Shown piece after piece: positions 1 to 8,722 of a stretch of DNA of 62,841 nt (positions within the stretch are counted from its first letter, which is position 1; each line of letters opens with the position of its first letter). The DNA is from Anaerolineales bacterium UBA3082 (GTDB lineage: Bacteria; Chloroflexota; Anaerolineae; UBA7937). A program made the position numbers and the translations under genes. The DNA is taken from the NCBI GenBank assembly GCA_002366595.1, contig DFBK01000006.1:1429-64269 (forward strand), read 5' to 3'. The notes below the pieces were generated by a model, which was not told the DNA's origin, ran no database searches, and saw nothing but the letters and a program-made list of their open reading frames with translations.

Positions 1-147
1 CAATCGTTCAAATTCTAACCGTCTATGGGAGAAATTGTCGATTGCCAAAGGGTCTATCCCCCTTTTTCAACACTCTCAAGAGACCTTAAAATTTGCTCTC
101 CCTCTCCTCTTAGGAGGCTGCTCTATCCCTACGGGATCCCGAGGGAT

Positions 148-176
148 TTGTATGCGCACTCCTCTTGTGGTATAAT
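148..176 (+). promoter_or_regulatory. sigma-70-type promoter with extended -10, upstream of the nuclease-dnaB operon
   Basis: -35 TTGTAT (148-153), 17-nt spacer, TGgTATAAT ending at 176. Lies 36 nt upstream of the 213 start. Confidence 0.55.
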
Positions 177-212
177 CAAAAAAGAAGAACCTGAAGGGGC
201 GGGAGGGACGAA

Positions 213-710
213 ATGATCAGAGTGACGGTGGACAGCATAAAGGTTAGCCTCATTTCCAACCACCGTGTTGTAGTCCTCAAAGACGAGAACACGGAGCGGT
301 ACCTCCCCATCTGGATCGGCCCCTTTGAAGCCGACGCTATCACCATAGGCATGCAATCTCTAGAGATGTCACGCCCTTTAACTCATGACCTCCTCAAATC
401 TCTCATCGATGGGGTAGAGGCTTCCGTCTCCCACATTTTGGTCAACGATTTGAAGGATGATACTTTCTATGCCCAAATCGTCATCGAGTTCAATGGCCAG
501 CATATAGAGATCGACTCCCGCCCCAGCGATGCCATCGCCCTTGCTGTCCGGGCGAAAGCGCCCATCTATGTGGCCGAATCGGTGATGGAGAGGGCGGGTA
601 TCGTGCCCAGCGAGGAGAAGGGAAGCCTCACCCCGGAAGAAGAGGAGAGGCTAGCCCCCTTCCGCGATTTTGTAGATGGCCTCGATCTAGATGATCTTGA
701 TGAGGGGTGA
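213..710 (+). CDS. bifunctional nuclease family protein (BFN/DUF151 type)
   Basis: 165 aa with [14 protein letters not shown] and [20 protein letters not shown] motifs typical of the BFN domain. Stop overlaps the dnaB start. Confidence 0.8.
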   Translation: MIRVTVDSIKVSLISNHRVVVLKDENTERYLPIWIGPFEADAITIGMQSLEMSRPLTHDLLKSLIDGVEASVSHILVNDLKDDTFYAQIVIEFNGQHIEIDSRPSDAIALAVRAKAPIYVAESVMERAGIVPSEEKGSLTPEEEERLAPFRDFVDGLDLDDLDEG

Positions 711-2065
711 GCATGGCCACAGTAAGGCTCCCCCCCCAGAACATCGAGGCCGAACAGTCGGTATTAGGCAGCCTCCTTCTCGACCGTGACGCGGTGCTTA
801 AGGTCTCCGCTTTTCTGCGCCCCGAAGATTTCTACCGCCAATCCCATAGCCTCATCTATAAAGCGATACTGGATCTCCACGAGCGACGTCAGCCAGCGGA
901 TCTGATCACCCTCTGCGATGAACTGGAGCGGCGAGGGCGATTAGATGAGGTAGGAGGGCCCAGTTACCTCACCTCTCTCATAAATGCCGTGCCCACCCCG
1001 GTCTATGTGGAGGACTATGGGCGGATCGTGGAGCGAGCGGCGGTGCTCCGCCGTCTCATCGGGGCGGCAGGGGAGATAGCGGGTATCGCCTATGAGGAAG
1101 CCGAGGAGGTGGATCAGATCGTCGATCGGGCGGAGCAGATCATCTTCAGCGTGGCCCAACGACGGGTGGAGCGGGATCTGGCTCCCATCCAGCAGGTGCT
1201 GGATCGATATTACGACCGGATCGAATACCTCTACCAGCATCGGGGGGAGACTATCGGCCTCCCCACCAGCTTCTACGATCTGGACAAACTCCTGGGCGGC
1301 CTGCAACCAGCGGACCTCATCATCGTAGCCGGTCGACCGGGCATGGGTAAGACCAGCCTGGTTTTAACTATGGCCGAGGCGATCGCTCGGAGGCAAAAGG
1401 CCACCATCGCCCTCTTCAGCCTGGAGATGCCTGGGGAGCAAGTGGTACAGCGTCTCGTCTCTGCCGGATCGGAGATCGAATCCCAGAGGCTTCGGATCGG
1501 AGAGTTCGAGGAGGAAGAGTTAAAGAGGATAGTCGACGTTATGGGTGAGCTATCAGAGATGTCCATCTTCATCGATGATACTCCGGCCATAACCCCCATG
1601 GAGGTGAGGGCTAAGGCCAGGCGGCTGCACGCTGAGTACGGGGTGGATCTGGTCATCGTCGACTACATGCAGTTGATGAGGGCCGGGATTAGAGCCGAGA
1701 ACCGCGTGCAGGAGGTTTCATATATCTCCCGGCAACTCAAATCCCTAGCCCGTGAGTTGAGGGTTCCCTTGGTGGCTGTCTCTCAACTCTCGCGGGCCGT
1801 CGAACTCAGGGCGGATAAGCGGCCTATCCTCTCCGACCTTAGGGAGTCGGGCTCCATCGAACAGGATGCAGACGTAGTTATCTTCATCTACCGGGAAGTG
1901 CTCCCAGAGGATTCCGAGGATACGAGCCTAGCGGACATAATCGTGGCCAAACATCGTAACGGTCCCACTGGTCAGTTCCAGTTGCTCTTTCAGAAGGAAT
2001 GGGCCAGGTTTGTAAACTTTAGACGACCCGAGATGGTTATTGAGCCATCCCGGGAGATGGATTAA
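707..2065 (+). CDS. dnaB: replicative DNA helicase DnaB
   Basis: 452 aa. N-terminal [16 protein letters not shown]; Walker [10 protein letters not shown]; Walker [10 protein letters not shown]; SQLSR and [10 protein letters not shown] motifs. Confidence 0.97.
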   Translation: MSMATVRLPPQNIEAEQSVLGSLLLDRDAVLKVSAFLRPEDFYRQSHSLIYKAILDLHERRQPADLITLCDELERRGRLDEVGGPSYLTSLINAVPTPVYVEDYGRIVERAAVLRRLIGAAGEIAGIAYEEAEEVDQIVDRAEQIIFSVAQRRVERDLAPIQQVLDRYYDRIEYLYQHRGETIGLPTSFYDLDKLLGGLQPADLIIVAGRPGMGKTSLVLTMAEAIARRQKATIALFSLEMPGEQVVQRLVSAGSEIESQRLRIGEFEEEELKRIVDVMGELSEMSIFIDDTPAITPMEVRAKARRLHAEYGVDLVIVDYMQLMRAGIRAENRVQEVSYISRQLKSLARELRVPLVAVSQLSRAVELRADKRPILSDLRESGSIEQDADVVIFIYREVLPEDSEDTSLADIIVAKHRNGPTGQFQLLFQKEWARFVNFRRPEMVIEPSREMD

Positions 2066-2078
2066 CGGCGAATAGGCG

Positions 2079-2825
2079 ATGAAAGGGTTTAGTGGTTTTC
2101 CGGAAGGAAAAGTGCGCTTCACTCCCCTCCCTGATCTCTTCTTTAGCCAACTTGTGCCCTGCATCGATAATCTACCGGAATTAAAGGTCACCCTCCATCT
2201 TTTCTGGCTTCTCCATGGAAAGAAGGGCCATCTTAGGTATACTAGCCTCCAAGAACTGAGGGAAGACCCTTTGCTCTTGGCTGGGTTGTCCGTAAAGGAT
2301 CCCGTAGGGAAGGGAAAGGTGGCTGGCCGGCGCTCGGAGGATCTCCTCGACGAGGGGCTAGAGAGGGCCGTGGCCCGGGGAACCCTCTTACGGGTTTCCG
2401 TAAAGGATCCCGAGGGAGGTGATAGCCAAGAGAGTTGGTATTTCTTGAATGACCCCCCATCCCGCCAGGCTGTAGAGAAAATAGAGCGGGGGGAGTTGAG
2501 GCTGGGGGGGATGCCCTCCAGGCCAGGGGAGAGGGTGGAGGTGGAACGACCTAACATCTTCGCTCTCTATGAGCAGAACATCGGCCTCCTCCAACCCCTG
2601 ATCGCTGAAGAGTTGCGGGAGGCGGAGAAAACCTACCCCCCTGACTGGATAGAGGAGGCTTTCAAGATAGCGGTGGAGCGAAACGCCCGAAATTGGCGGT
2701 ATATACAGGCTATTCTTGAGCGTTGGGCTCGGGAGGGGAAGGACGACGGAGAGGTTAGAAGAGATTCTAAAGAGGACCGGTATCGATACATCAAGGGAGA
2801 GTACGCCGACCACATCGAGCACTAA
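2079..2825 (+). CDS. DnaD-domain replication/primosome protein
   Basis: C-terminal NIFALYEQNIGLLQPLIAEEL...WIEEAFKIAVERNARNWRYIQAILERW matches the DnaD/DnaB_2 C-terminal domain pattern. Lies between dnaB and the loader gene. Confidence 0.75.
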   Translation: MKGFSGFPEGKVRFTPLPDLFFSQLVPCIDNLPELKVTLHLFWLLHGKKGHLRYTSLQELREDPLLLAGLSVKDPVGKGKVAGRRSEDLLDEGLERAVARGTLLRVSVKDPEGGDSQESWYFLNDPPSRQAVEKIERGELRLGGMPSRPGERVEVERPNIFALYEQNIGLLQPLIAEELREAEKTYPPDWIEEAFKIAVERNARNWRYIQAILERWAREGKDDGEVRRDSKEDRYRYIKGEYADHIEH

Positions 2826-4128
2826 GCGAGAGCCACCGTGTCCTATCTGCGGCGGGCTTGGTTATCTCTATCGAGATGTAGCCCCCGGCCATCCCGATTT
2901 CGGCCGGCCCATCTTATGCCGATGCAAGGAGAAAGAACTGGCGGAGAAGAGGCTCCGGGATCTGCGAAGGGCTGGCAACCTGGGGCTCCTCTCCCGCATG
3001 ACCTTCGAGAGTTTTAAGCCGGAGGGGTACGGCTTACCTCCCCGCCAACGCGAGAACCTAAAAAGGGCTTATGAACTCGCCCAGGAGTTCGCCCGGGAGT
3101 CCAAAGGGTGGCTGGTTCTCAGCGGGGGTTATGGCTGTGGCAAGACCCACTTGGCGGCGGCCATCGCCAACTATCGACTGGAGCAGGGGGAGCCTGTCCT
3201 TTTCGTGGTCGTGCCTGATCTCTTAGATCACCTGCGAGCCACTTTTAGTCCCGATAGCACTGTAGCCTACGATGAGCGGTTCGAGACGGTGCGCACCGCT
3301 CCCCTCTTGATCCTCGACGACCTGGGAACCCAAAGCAGCACCCCTTGGGCGAAGGAGAAACTCTACCAGATAATTAACTACCGGTACAACGCTCAACTCC
3401 CCACAGTGATCACTACCAACCGTCCTCTCGATGAGATCGACGCCCGCTTGCGGTCGCGGATGAGCGACCCCGACCTATGCCAGACCTATCGTATCCAGGC
3501 CCGGGACTTTCGAGCCTCTGGTGGCGAGGGGGACGAGGGACAGAGCATCATCAGCCTCTACGCCGATCAGACCTTCGAGACCTTCGACGCTCATCGCCCT
3601 GAGTTGCCCTCTAACGAGCAGAAGAACCTGCGAAGGGCCTACACTATCGCTAAGGAGTACGCCGAGAAGCCGCAAGGGTGGCTAGTTTTTATGGGGATGT
3701 ACGGTTGTGGTAAGACCCACTTGGCGGCGGCCATCGCCAACTACCTCCACCGCCAAGGGTACCCTGTTCGCTTTGAGGTCGTTCCCGATCTATTGGATCA
3801 TCTGCGGGCCACCTACAGCCCCTCTAGCCCCACCTCCTACGATAAGAGGTTCGAGGCGGTGCGCCATGCGCCGTTTCTCGTCCTCGACGACCTGGGGAGC
3901 CAGAGCGCTACCCCTTGGGCGAGGGAGAAACTCTACCAGATCTTCAACTACCGTTATCAGGCCAAACTTCCCACGGTCATCACTATGCGGGAGTCCCTGG
4001 AGGAGGCCGACCCTTGGCTCGCCTCTCGGATGCTCGACCACTCTCTCTGCACTCTTTACACCATCCTGACGCCGCCATACCGAGGCGGGGTGGTGAGGAA
4101 AGGTCAGAAGAGGGCCAGAAAGCGGTAG
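2716..4128 (+). CDS. DnaC/DnaI-like helicase loader with Cys4 zinc ribbon and two tandem AAA+ modules
   Basis: CPICGG...CRC, followed twice by G(Y/M)YGCGKTHLAAAIANY, VVPDLLDHLRAT, (I/V)LDDLG and EKLYQI.NYRY. The true start is uncertain: the track start is TTG and overlaps the dnaD-like gene by 110 nt. Confidence 0.85.
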   Translation: MSVGLGRGRTTERLEEILKRTGIDTSRESTPTTSSTKREPPCPICGGLGYLYRDVAPGHPDFGRPILCRCKEKELAEKRLRDLRRAGNLGLLSRMTFESFKPEGYGLPPRQRENLKRAYELAQEFARESKGWLVLSGGYGCGKTHLAAAIANYRLEQGEPVLFVVVPDLLDHLRATFSPDSTVAYDERFETVRTAPLLILDDLGTQSSTPWAKEKLYQIINYRYNAQLPTVITTNRPLDEIDARLRSRMSDPDLCQTYRIQARDFRASGGEGDEGQSIISLYADQTFETFDAHRPELPSNEQKNLRRAYTIAKEYAEKPQGWLVFMGMYGCGKTHLAAAIANYLHRQGYPVRFEVVPDLLDHLRATYSPSSPTSYDKRFEAVRHAPFLVLDDLGSQSATPWAREKLYQIFNYRYQAKLPTVITMRESLEEADPWLASRMLDHSLCTLYTILTPPYRGGVVRKGQKRARKR

Positions 4129-4186
4129 TATATCAATAGCAGGTGATCTTTGGGGGACGAGGACTCTCGTCCCCTTTTGGAAGGAG
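4113..4186 (+). repeat. 74-bp direct repeat, copy A (loader 3' end + terminator + SD-like sequence)
   Basis: ggccagaaagcggtagtatatcaatagcaggtgatctttgggggacgagga(c/t)tctcgtccccttttggaaggag recurs at 4965-5038 with one mismatch. Confidence 0.95.
4151..4178 (+). terminator. intrinsic terminator after the loader gene
   Basis: GGGGACGAG / CTCGTCCCC 9-bp stem followed by TTTTGG. Confidence 0.7.
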
Positions 4187-4189
4187 GGG

Positions 4190-4346
4190 CCATAATAGAA
4201 GCGTGGCCCTGTGGAAGAGGTCGGAAAGCCTCCCTCCTTTGAGACGGGTCAAGCCAGAGGATGCCTCCATCGAGGCGGTAAGGGGAGAGGAGGTATGGGA
4301 GGTGGTGGGGAGGGTGTTGACGAATAGGAGTGATCGATTATACTGA
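4190..4346 (+). pseudogene. diverged duplicate of the 3' end of the GT9 glycosyltransferase gene
   Basis: The translated fragment SVALWKRSESLPPLRRVKPEDASIEAVRGEEVWEVVGRVL parallels the C-terminus of the 5041-6144 product, SVALWKGPESLPPLRQVKPEDASIEAVTMEEVYQSVLKVL. No N-terminal part is present. Confidence 0.8.
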
Positions 4347-4469
4347 AGATATCTGCAGAGCCTCCGCTGCATCCTCTTGGTAGGTGTTCGGCATAGTGGT
4401 GATGGTAGTAAAGAGGCTGTAGGAAAAGATCATCCGTCTGCGACAAGGTGTGGAGTTTGGATATAACGA

Positions 4470-4485
4470 GTTAGGCGAAATAACG
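4470..4485. repeat. left arm of a 16-bp inverted repeat flanking the AT-rich ORF
   Basis: gttaggcgaaataacg is the reverse complement of cgttacttcgcctaac at 4864-4879 with one mismatch. Confidence 0.85.
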
Positions 4486-4495
4486 CAAGGAGTTT

Positions 4496-4852
4496 ATGAT
4501 AATGATTGGTGATGAAATGAAAAAAGATATTGAATTTCTTAAAAAACACACTTTACAACCTAAATGGTGGAAAATCACTAAAATATTTATTCTCTTGGGA
4601 AGTCTAATAGTGATTTATTCTATTTTTGGAATTATAAAAACAATAATATGGTTTTCAATAATACTAGCACTTGCAACCATTGTGCATTTAATTTATCGAG
4701 TAAATACAAATACCTATACAAAAACTTGGATGGATTTCAAAGTAGTGGAAATAGATGGGAAAAGAACCTATGGGCGTATTGGTTTTCTTTATTATACTTT
4801 GGTAGCATTTATATTTTTAATAGCAACTATAGTAGTAGTATTAGTAAAATAA
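4496..4852 (+). CDS. small integral membrane protein, unknown function, AT-rich foreign-looking gene
   Basis: 118 aa with about three hydrophobic helices. Composition is very AT-rich (roughly 30% GC by eye) against a ~58% GC background. SD-like aaggag lies upstream. Confidence 0.6.
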   Translation: MIMIGDEMKKDIEFLKKHTLQPKWWKITKIFILLGSLIVIYSIFGIIKTIIWFSIILALATIVHLIYRVNTNTYTKTWMDFKVVEIDGKRTYGRIGFLYYTLVAFIFLIATIVVVLVK

Positions 4853-4863
4853 GTATGATATGC

Positions 4864-4879
4864 CGTTACTTCGCCTAAC
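4864..4879. repeat. right arm of the 16-bp inverted repeat
   Basis: Partner of 4470-4485. Confidence 0.85.
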
Positions 4880-4880
4880 A

Positions 4881-4946
4881 GCGGATAAAAAGCTTCGGTG
4901 CTACGCACCTTCGCTCAAATTGCCTTCGGCAACTTCTTTTATCCGC
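4881..4946. other. 66-nt nested-hairpin element
   Basis: Outer arms are gcggataaaaag / cttcttttatccgc. Inner hairpins are ggtgc-tac-gcacc and ttgcc-ttc-ggcaa. The element is flanked by gcctaac (4873-4879) and gccttaac (4950-4957). Confidence 0.5.
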
Positions 4947-4964
4947 ATAGCCTTAACCAAAGAA

Positions 4965-5038
4965 GGCCAGAAAGCGGTAGTATATCAATAGCAGGTGATC
5001 TTTGGGGGACGAGGATTCTCGTCCCCTTTTGGAAGGAG
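4965..5038 (+). repeat. 74-bp direct repeat, copy B
   Basis: Matches 4113-4186 with one mismatch and includes a second copy of the terminator hairpin (5003-5030). Confidence 0.95.
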
Positions 5039-5040
5039 CA

Positions 5041-6144
5041 ATGGCGGTTAGGGACGTTTTTGTAGGTCTCAGTTGTCGGCTCCTGGGTCTCCCCTTTCGC
5101 TTGCGGAGTTCTCCTCCCTTTTCACCCCCGCCCCGAGCGATCTTGATTTTGAAGCCTTGCTGTGTGGGAGACATTCTCCTCTCCACCCCTCTTGTGGCCA
5201 CCATACGGAGGGCCTACCCCCAGGCGCGTCTCGACTATGCGGTGGGCCCCTGGTCCCGCCCTATCTTGGAGACCAACCCCCATCTGGACAATCTTGTCGA
5301 TTGCGGACGGGTGGGGAGCGGGCGGTACGGTTGGAGCGATTACTGGGCGCTGGTCCAACGGTTGCGAGCCGGGGAGTACGAGGCCTGCTTCGTCTTGGAG
5401 CGCTCTCCCTTGATCAGCCTCCTCCCCTATCTAGCCGGCATCCCCCACCGAGTGGGGCTAGATAGCGATGGGCGGGGCTTCTCTTTGACCATCCGCGTGC
5501 CGGTAAAGGGTATAAAACATGAGGCGGAACTCTACCTTGACACCGCCCGGGCGGTAGGGATCGCAGTCGAGCGTGCAGCCTTGGAATTCTACCCTCGACC
5601 TCAGGAGCAAGAGCGAGCCCAAGCGCTATTAGACAAAGCCCACCCCCTGGTGGCCATCCATCCCGCTGGGGGCCGGAACCCGGGGATGTACCTCCCCGTC
5701 AAGCGTTGGCCCCCGGAGCGGTTCGCCGCGGTCGCCGATAGGGTAATCGAAAACCTGGGAGGCTCGGTGGTGCTCCTCGGAGGCCCGGGGGATGAAGGGG
5801 TAGCGGGCGCGGTGAACGAGCGTATGACCAACGAGCCCCTGGACTTGACCGGCCGACTGACCTGGGGGGAGACCGGAGCCGTCTTGGAGAAGTGCGACCT
5901 CTGCCTGGGGAACGACACGGGGGCTCTGCACCTGGCGGTGGCGGTGGGGACGCCCGTGGTGGCCATCTTCGGCCCCTCCGACCCCCGCATCTACGGCCCC
6001 TACGATAAGAGAAGCGTAGCCCTGTGGAAGGGGCCAGAAAGCCTACCTCCTTTGAGGCAGGTCAAGCCAGAGGACGCCTCCATCGAGGCAGTGACGATGG
6101 AGGAGGTTTATCAGTCGGTTCTCAAAGTTCTAGGTCGGGAATGA
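5041..6144 (+). CDS. glycosyltransferase family 9 (heptosyltransferase-like)
   Basis: ILILKPCCVGDILLSTPL, HPAGGRNP..KRWP.ERF, LLGGPGD and LGNDTGALHLAVAVGTPVVAIFGPSDP are GT9 hallmarks. The start is moved to ATG 5041 because the track start at 5002 runs through the terminator hairpin. Confidence 0.85.
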   Translation: MAVRDVFVGLSCRLLGLPFRLRSSPPFSPPPRAILILKPCCVGDILLSTPLVATIRRAYPQARLDYAVGPWSRPILETNPHLDNLVDCGRVGSGRYGWSDYWALVQRLRAGEYEACFVLERSPLISLLPYLAGIPHRVGLDSDGRGFSLTIRVPVKGIKHEAELYLDTARAVGIAVERAALEFYPRPQEQERAQALLDKAHPLVAIHPAGGRNPGMYLPVKRWPPERFAAVADRVIENLGGSVVLLGGPGDEGVAGAVNERMTNEPLDLTGRLTWGETGAVLEKCDLCLGNDTGALHLAVAVGTPVVAIFGPSDPRIYGPYDKRSVALWKGPESLPPLRQVKPEDASIEAVTMEEVYQSVLKVLGRE

Positions 6145-6180
6145 TGACCTCCTTCTCTGGAAATTATGGGGGTGTAACTC

Positions 6181-7479
6181 ATGAGAACTGTATATCAGGT
6201 TGGTTGGAAAGATAAGGATGAAGAAAAGATAAATCATTACCTTGGCGAAATTATGAAGCTGGCAACCATCCATGATGATGGCCGCGTATCTTTTACCGGT
6301 ATCTCAGAGTTTCACGCCTATCAAGAAATCATCACACGCAACATCGACATCGAAGGGCTCGAAGACGTAGATAGGAAGAGGGCACTTGTCTTCAAAGCCA
6401 TCTCCAGATTCGCTAGATATTCCAAACATACCCTCCCCCTCTTTCGGCTCGCTATAGAGACGGAATTGCGGCGATACTTTCAGATGCCGACTGCCACCTT
6501 CCATGTTCTCTTCCCCGTCAACATTCGGCGCACCGATTTGGCCCGCCGAAGATGGTTCAATATCCTGGGTACTCGTGTATTCTGCCGCACCTGGAGCTAT
6601 GTGAAGAGGCATTACGACATAGGGCCATTCTTGAACGAGGCGGCGTCTCTGTTAGGCAAAAGCCGGGAAGAGCTTCCGATCTTCCTTGATATCCGTTTTT
6701 GCCCCCTCACAGTTAGCGTTGATGCACGCACATCTGGCGAGGCGTTTAGTAATGCTTCTGAAGCCTTCGATATCTTAAGAACGCTGATGAACTTGACAAC
6801 TACATTTGGCAAGGTAACCTATCAATATGGCGGGCGCTATCGCCCCCTTGGACAATATCTTCCACCCCCGATTTTCGGAGTCTTTAAGGCGGACGGAGTC
6901 TATGCTCTACTGTATTTTACGATGGAGAAGTACGATTACCAAGAACGATCCATATCTGAAGACCAAATTAGGCTCGTTGATCGACTGACGAAAAGGGTAA
7001 AACAACCCAAGGACCAACAGGATACAATGCTCCTTGTGATAGACGCTCTTCGCAAATATGGACAGGCTATGGATACGGTGGACTGGCAACAGGCTTTCAT
7101 GTCGCTCTGGCAAATCCTTGAACTAGTAGCCCTACAAACAGCCGGAGAGGTTAATATGAAAGACGTGGCTAGTAGAATCGCCAATCTATTGAGATTGAAA
7201 CCGAAGGAACCTATGCGCGACTTGCTTGACTGCGCAGTACAGTCACGAAACGAGCTGGTTCACAGGGGGCGGTTCTCCGAAGACGGCTTACGAGAGGTCA
7301 ACTATCTTAAAGTGGTCGTAGACTGCGTGATTGACTTCCTCCTCTCACGGCGCTTTCGAGAAGACTTTCCAACTATGAAAAGGTTGAAGACTTTCTATGG
7401 CTACGCAACAACACCCGACACAGATTTGCGGGAGTACAGACAGGCCATCGACAGTATTCTGCACCGTAGAGGCAAGTAG
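6181..7479 (+). CDS. HEPN-motif protein (Abi/ApeA-like candidate), otherwise uncharacterised
   Basis: 432 aa with lower GC than its neighbours. The C-terminal helical region FMSLWQILELVAL...LDCAVQSRNELVHRG carries an R-N-x3-H (Rx4H) motif characteristic of HEPN RNases. The N-terminal ~300 aa is unrecognised. Confidence 0.5.
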   Translation: MRTVYQVGWKDKDEEKINHYLGEIMKLATIHDDGRVSFTGISEFHAYQEIITRNIDIEGLEDVDRKRALVFKAISRFARYSKHTLPLFRLAIETELRRYFQMPTATFHVLFPVNIRRTDLARRRWFNILGTRVFCRTWSYVKRHYDIGPFLNEAASLLGKSREELPIFLDIRFCPLTVSVDARTSGEAFSNASEAFDILRTLMNLTTTFGKVTYQYGGRYRPLGQYLPPPIFGVFKADGVYALLYFTMEKYDYQERSISEDQIRLVDRLTKRVKQPKDQQDTMLLVIDALRKYGQAMDTVDWQQAFMSLWQILELVALQTAGEVNMKDVASRIANLLRLKPKEPMRDLLDCAVQSRNELVHRGRFSEDGLREVNYLKVVVDCVIDFLLSRRFREDFPTMKRLKTFYGYATTPDTDLREYRQAIDSILHRRGK

Positions 7480-7550
7480 CTTAGGGAAAAGAATCCGCTA
7501 TGCTAGAGCAAGGAAGTATAGTCAGTCGGGCTGGTAGGCTACGGCCGGGG

Positions 7551-7717
7551 GATAGCGGACGGTGACGGGCAATCGCCCTAGCATCGCCTCGTTCTTCACC
7601 AACTTGCAAGCGCCCATGCCCTGGGGGCGCAAAATCCGCCTGCTCCTGCGCAATAACTCTGTCAAAATTGGCAGTAGGTAGGGCAGGTTTCCATACCTGC
7701 CCCCTGAATCTTCTGCG
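7551..7717 (+). repeat. ~165-bp interspersed repeat, copy R1 (full length)
   Basis: Shares ...ctagcatcgcctc.ttcttcaccaacttgcaagcgcccatgccc.tggggcgcaa..tccgc.tgctc.tgcgcaa.aactctgtcaaaattggcagta.gtagggcaggtttccatacctgc.cctgaatcttctgcg with R2-R4. Contains the hairpin GGGCAGGT-ttccat-ACCTGCCC. Confidence 0.9.
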
Positions 7718-7785
7718 ACAGGGGCAAGAGAGGCCATTTCCTCTCAAGCCTTTGTTCAGGATACTTTCAAACATTGGAGGTAAAT

Positions 7786-8421
7786 ATGAGAAAAAGCGAG
7801 ATAATAATCCTGGGGATAATAGTGGTTTCTTTCCTCATCGGAATGTACTTCTATCCCCGGATGCCAGGGGCAATCGCCTCTCACTGGAATATCAGAGGAG
7901 AAGTCGATGGCTACATGTCAAAATTCTGGGGTTTGTTTCTGATGCCAGTTATTTCTGTTGGATTGTTGTTGCTTTTTGTCCTGATACCTAAGATAGACCC
8001 TTTGAAGGCCAATATCGAGAAATTCAGGAACTATTACGATGGGTTTATATTAGTAGTGATTGTGTTTCTGTTCTACCTCTACCTCTTGACCATTCTCTGG
8101 AATATGGGCCTAAGATTCGATATGATCCAACTGCTGGCACCCGCTTGCGGAATACTCTTATACTGCTGTGGAATTCTAATAGAGAACGCGAAAAGGAACT
8201 GGTTCATTGGAATCAGAACACCTTGGACTTTGAGCAGTGAAGAAGTATGGGAGAAAACCCATAAGATCGGTGGGAGGCTGTTCAAGATTAGTGGGGTAAT
8301 CGCTCTTCTTGGAGTGTTGTTCCGCGACTACGCCCTGTTCTTCATCCTCGTGCCCGCTATTTTGATTGCCGTTTATACAACCGTTTACTCATACTTTGAG
8401 TACCAAAAAGAGACAAGATGA
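7786..8421 (+). CDS. SdpI/YhfL-family membrane protein with DUF1648-like N-terminus
   Basis: PRMPGAIASHWNIRGEVDGY (DUF1648-like) followed by NWFIGIRTPWTLSSEEVWEKTH (SdpI signature). Multi-pass membrane protein. ATG 7786 is preceded by ggagg. Confidence 0.75.
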   Translation: MRKSEIIILGIIVVSFLIGMYFYPRMPGAIASHWNIRGEVDGYMSKFWGLFLMPVISVGLLLLFVLIPKIDPLKANIEKFRNYYDGFILVVIVFLFYLYLLTILWNMGLRFDMIQLLAPACGILLYCCGILIENAKRNWFIGIRTPWTLSSEEVWEKTHKIGGRLFKISGVIALLGVLFRDYALFFILVPAILIAVYTTVYSYFEYQKETR

Positions 8422-8433
8422 GAGCCAACCGAC

Positions 8434-8572
8434 CAAGCATCTCCTCATTTTTCACCAACTTGCAAGCGCCTATGCCCTTGGGGCGCAAGGTCCGCTTGCT
8501 CTTGCGCAACAACTCTGTCAAAATTGGCAGTAAGTAGGGCAGGTTTCCATACCTGCACCTGAATCTTCTGCG
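8434..8572 (+). repeat. interspersed repeat, copy R2 (5'-truncated)
   Basis: Aligns to R1 from ~7580 to its end, including the hairpin. Confidence 0.9.
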
Positions 8573-8594
8573 GCTTTGCAGGGTCGGGGCCGGA

Positions 8595-8663
8595 GATAGC
8601 GAACGGTGACGGGCAATCGACCTAGCATCACCTCATTCTTCACCAACCTGCAAGTGCCCATGG
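8595..8663 (+). repeat. interspersed repeat, copy R3 (5' ~70 nt only)
   Basis: gatagcgaacggtgacgggcaatcgacctagcatcacctcattcttcaccaacctgcaagtgcccatgg aligns to the first part of R1. Confidence 0.85.
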
Positions 8664-8722
8664 CGTTGTGAGAAGGGGAGGCAAAAGGCTACAGAATATC
8701 ATATTTTAAGGAGGACTATCCC

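Noticed and set aside
4470-4957. Integron gene-cassette/attC interpretation of the AT-rich ORF. GTTAGGC and GCCTAAC match the GTTRRRY/RYYYAAC core sites, and a folded element lies downstream.
   Set aside because: The complementary core sites are ~390 bp apart and flank the ORF, rather than forming one 60-140-bp attC. The hairpin element lacks a proper R' site. There is no intI gene, attI site or neighbouring cassettes. The resemblance is kept only as a remark within the duplication-scar finding.
5002-5040. Track start of the GT9 gene at 5002.
   Set aside because: That start lies inside the duplicated terminator hairpin and 74-bp repeat. ATG 5041 follows the SD-like ggaaggag. The spacing is short, so the exact start remains uncertain.
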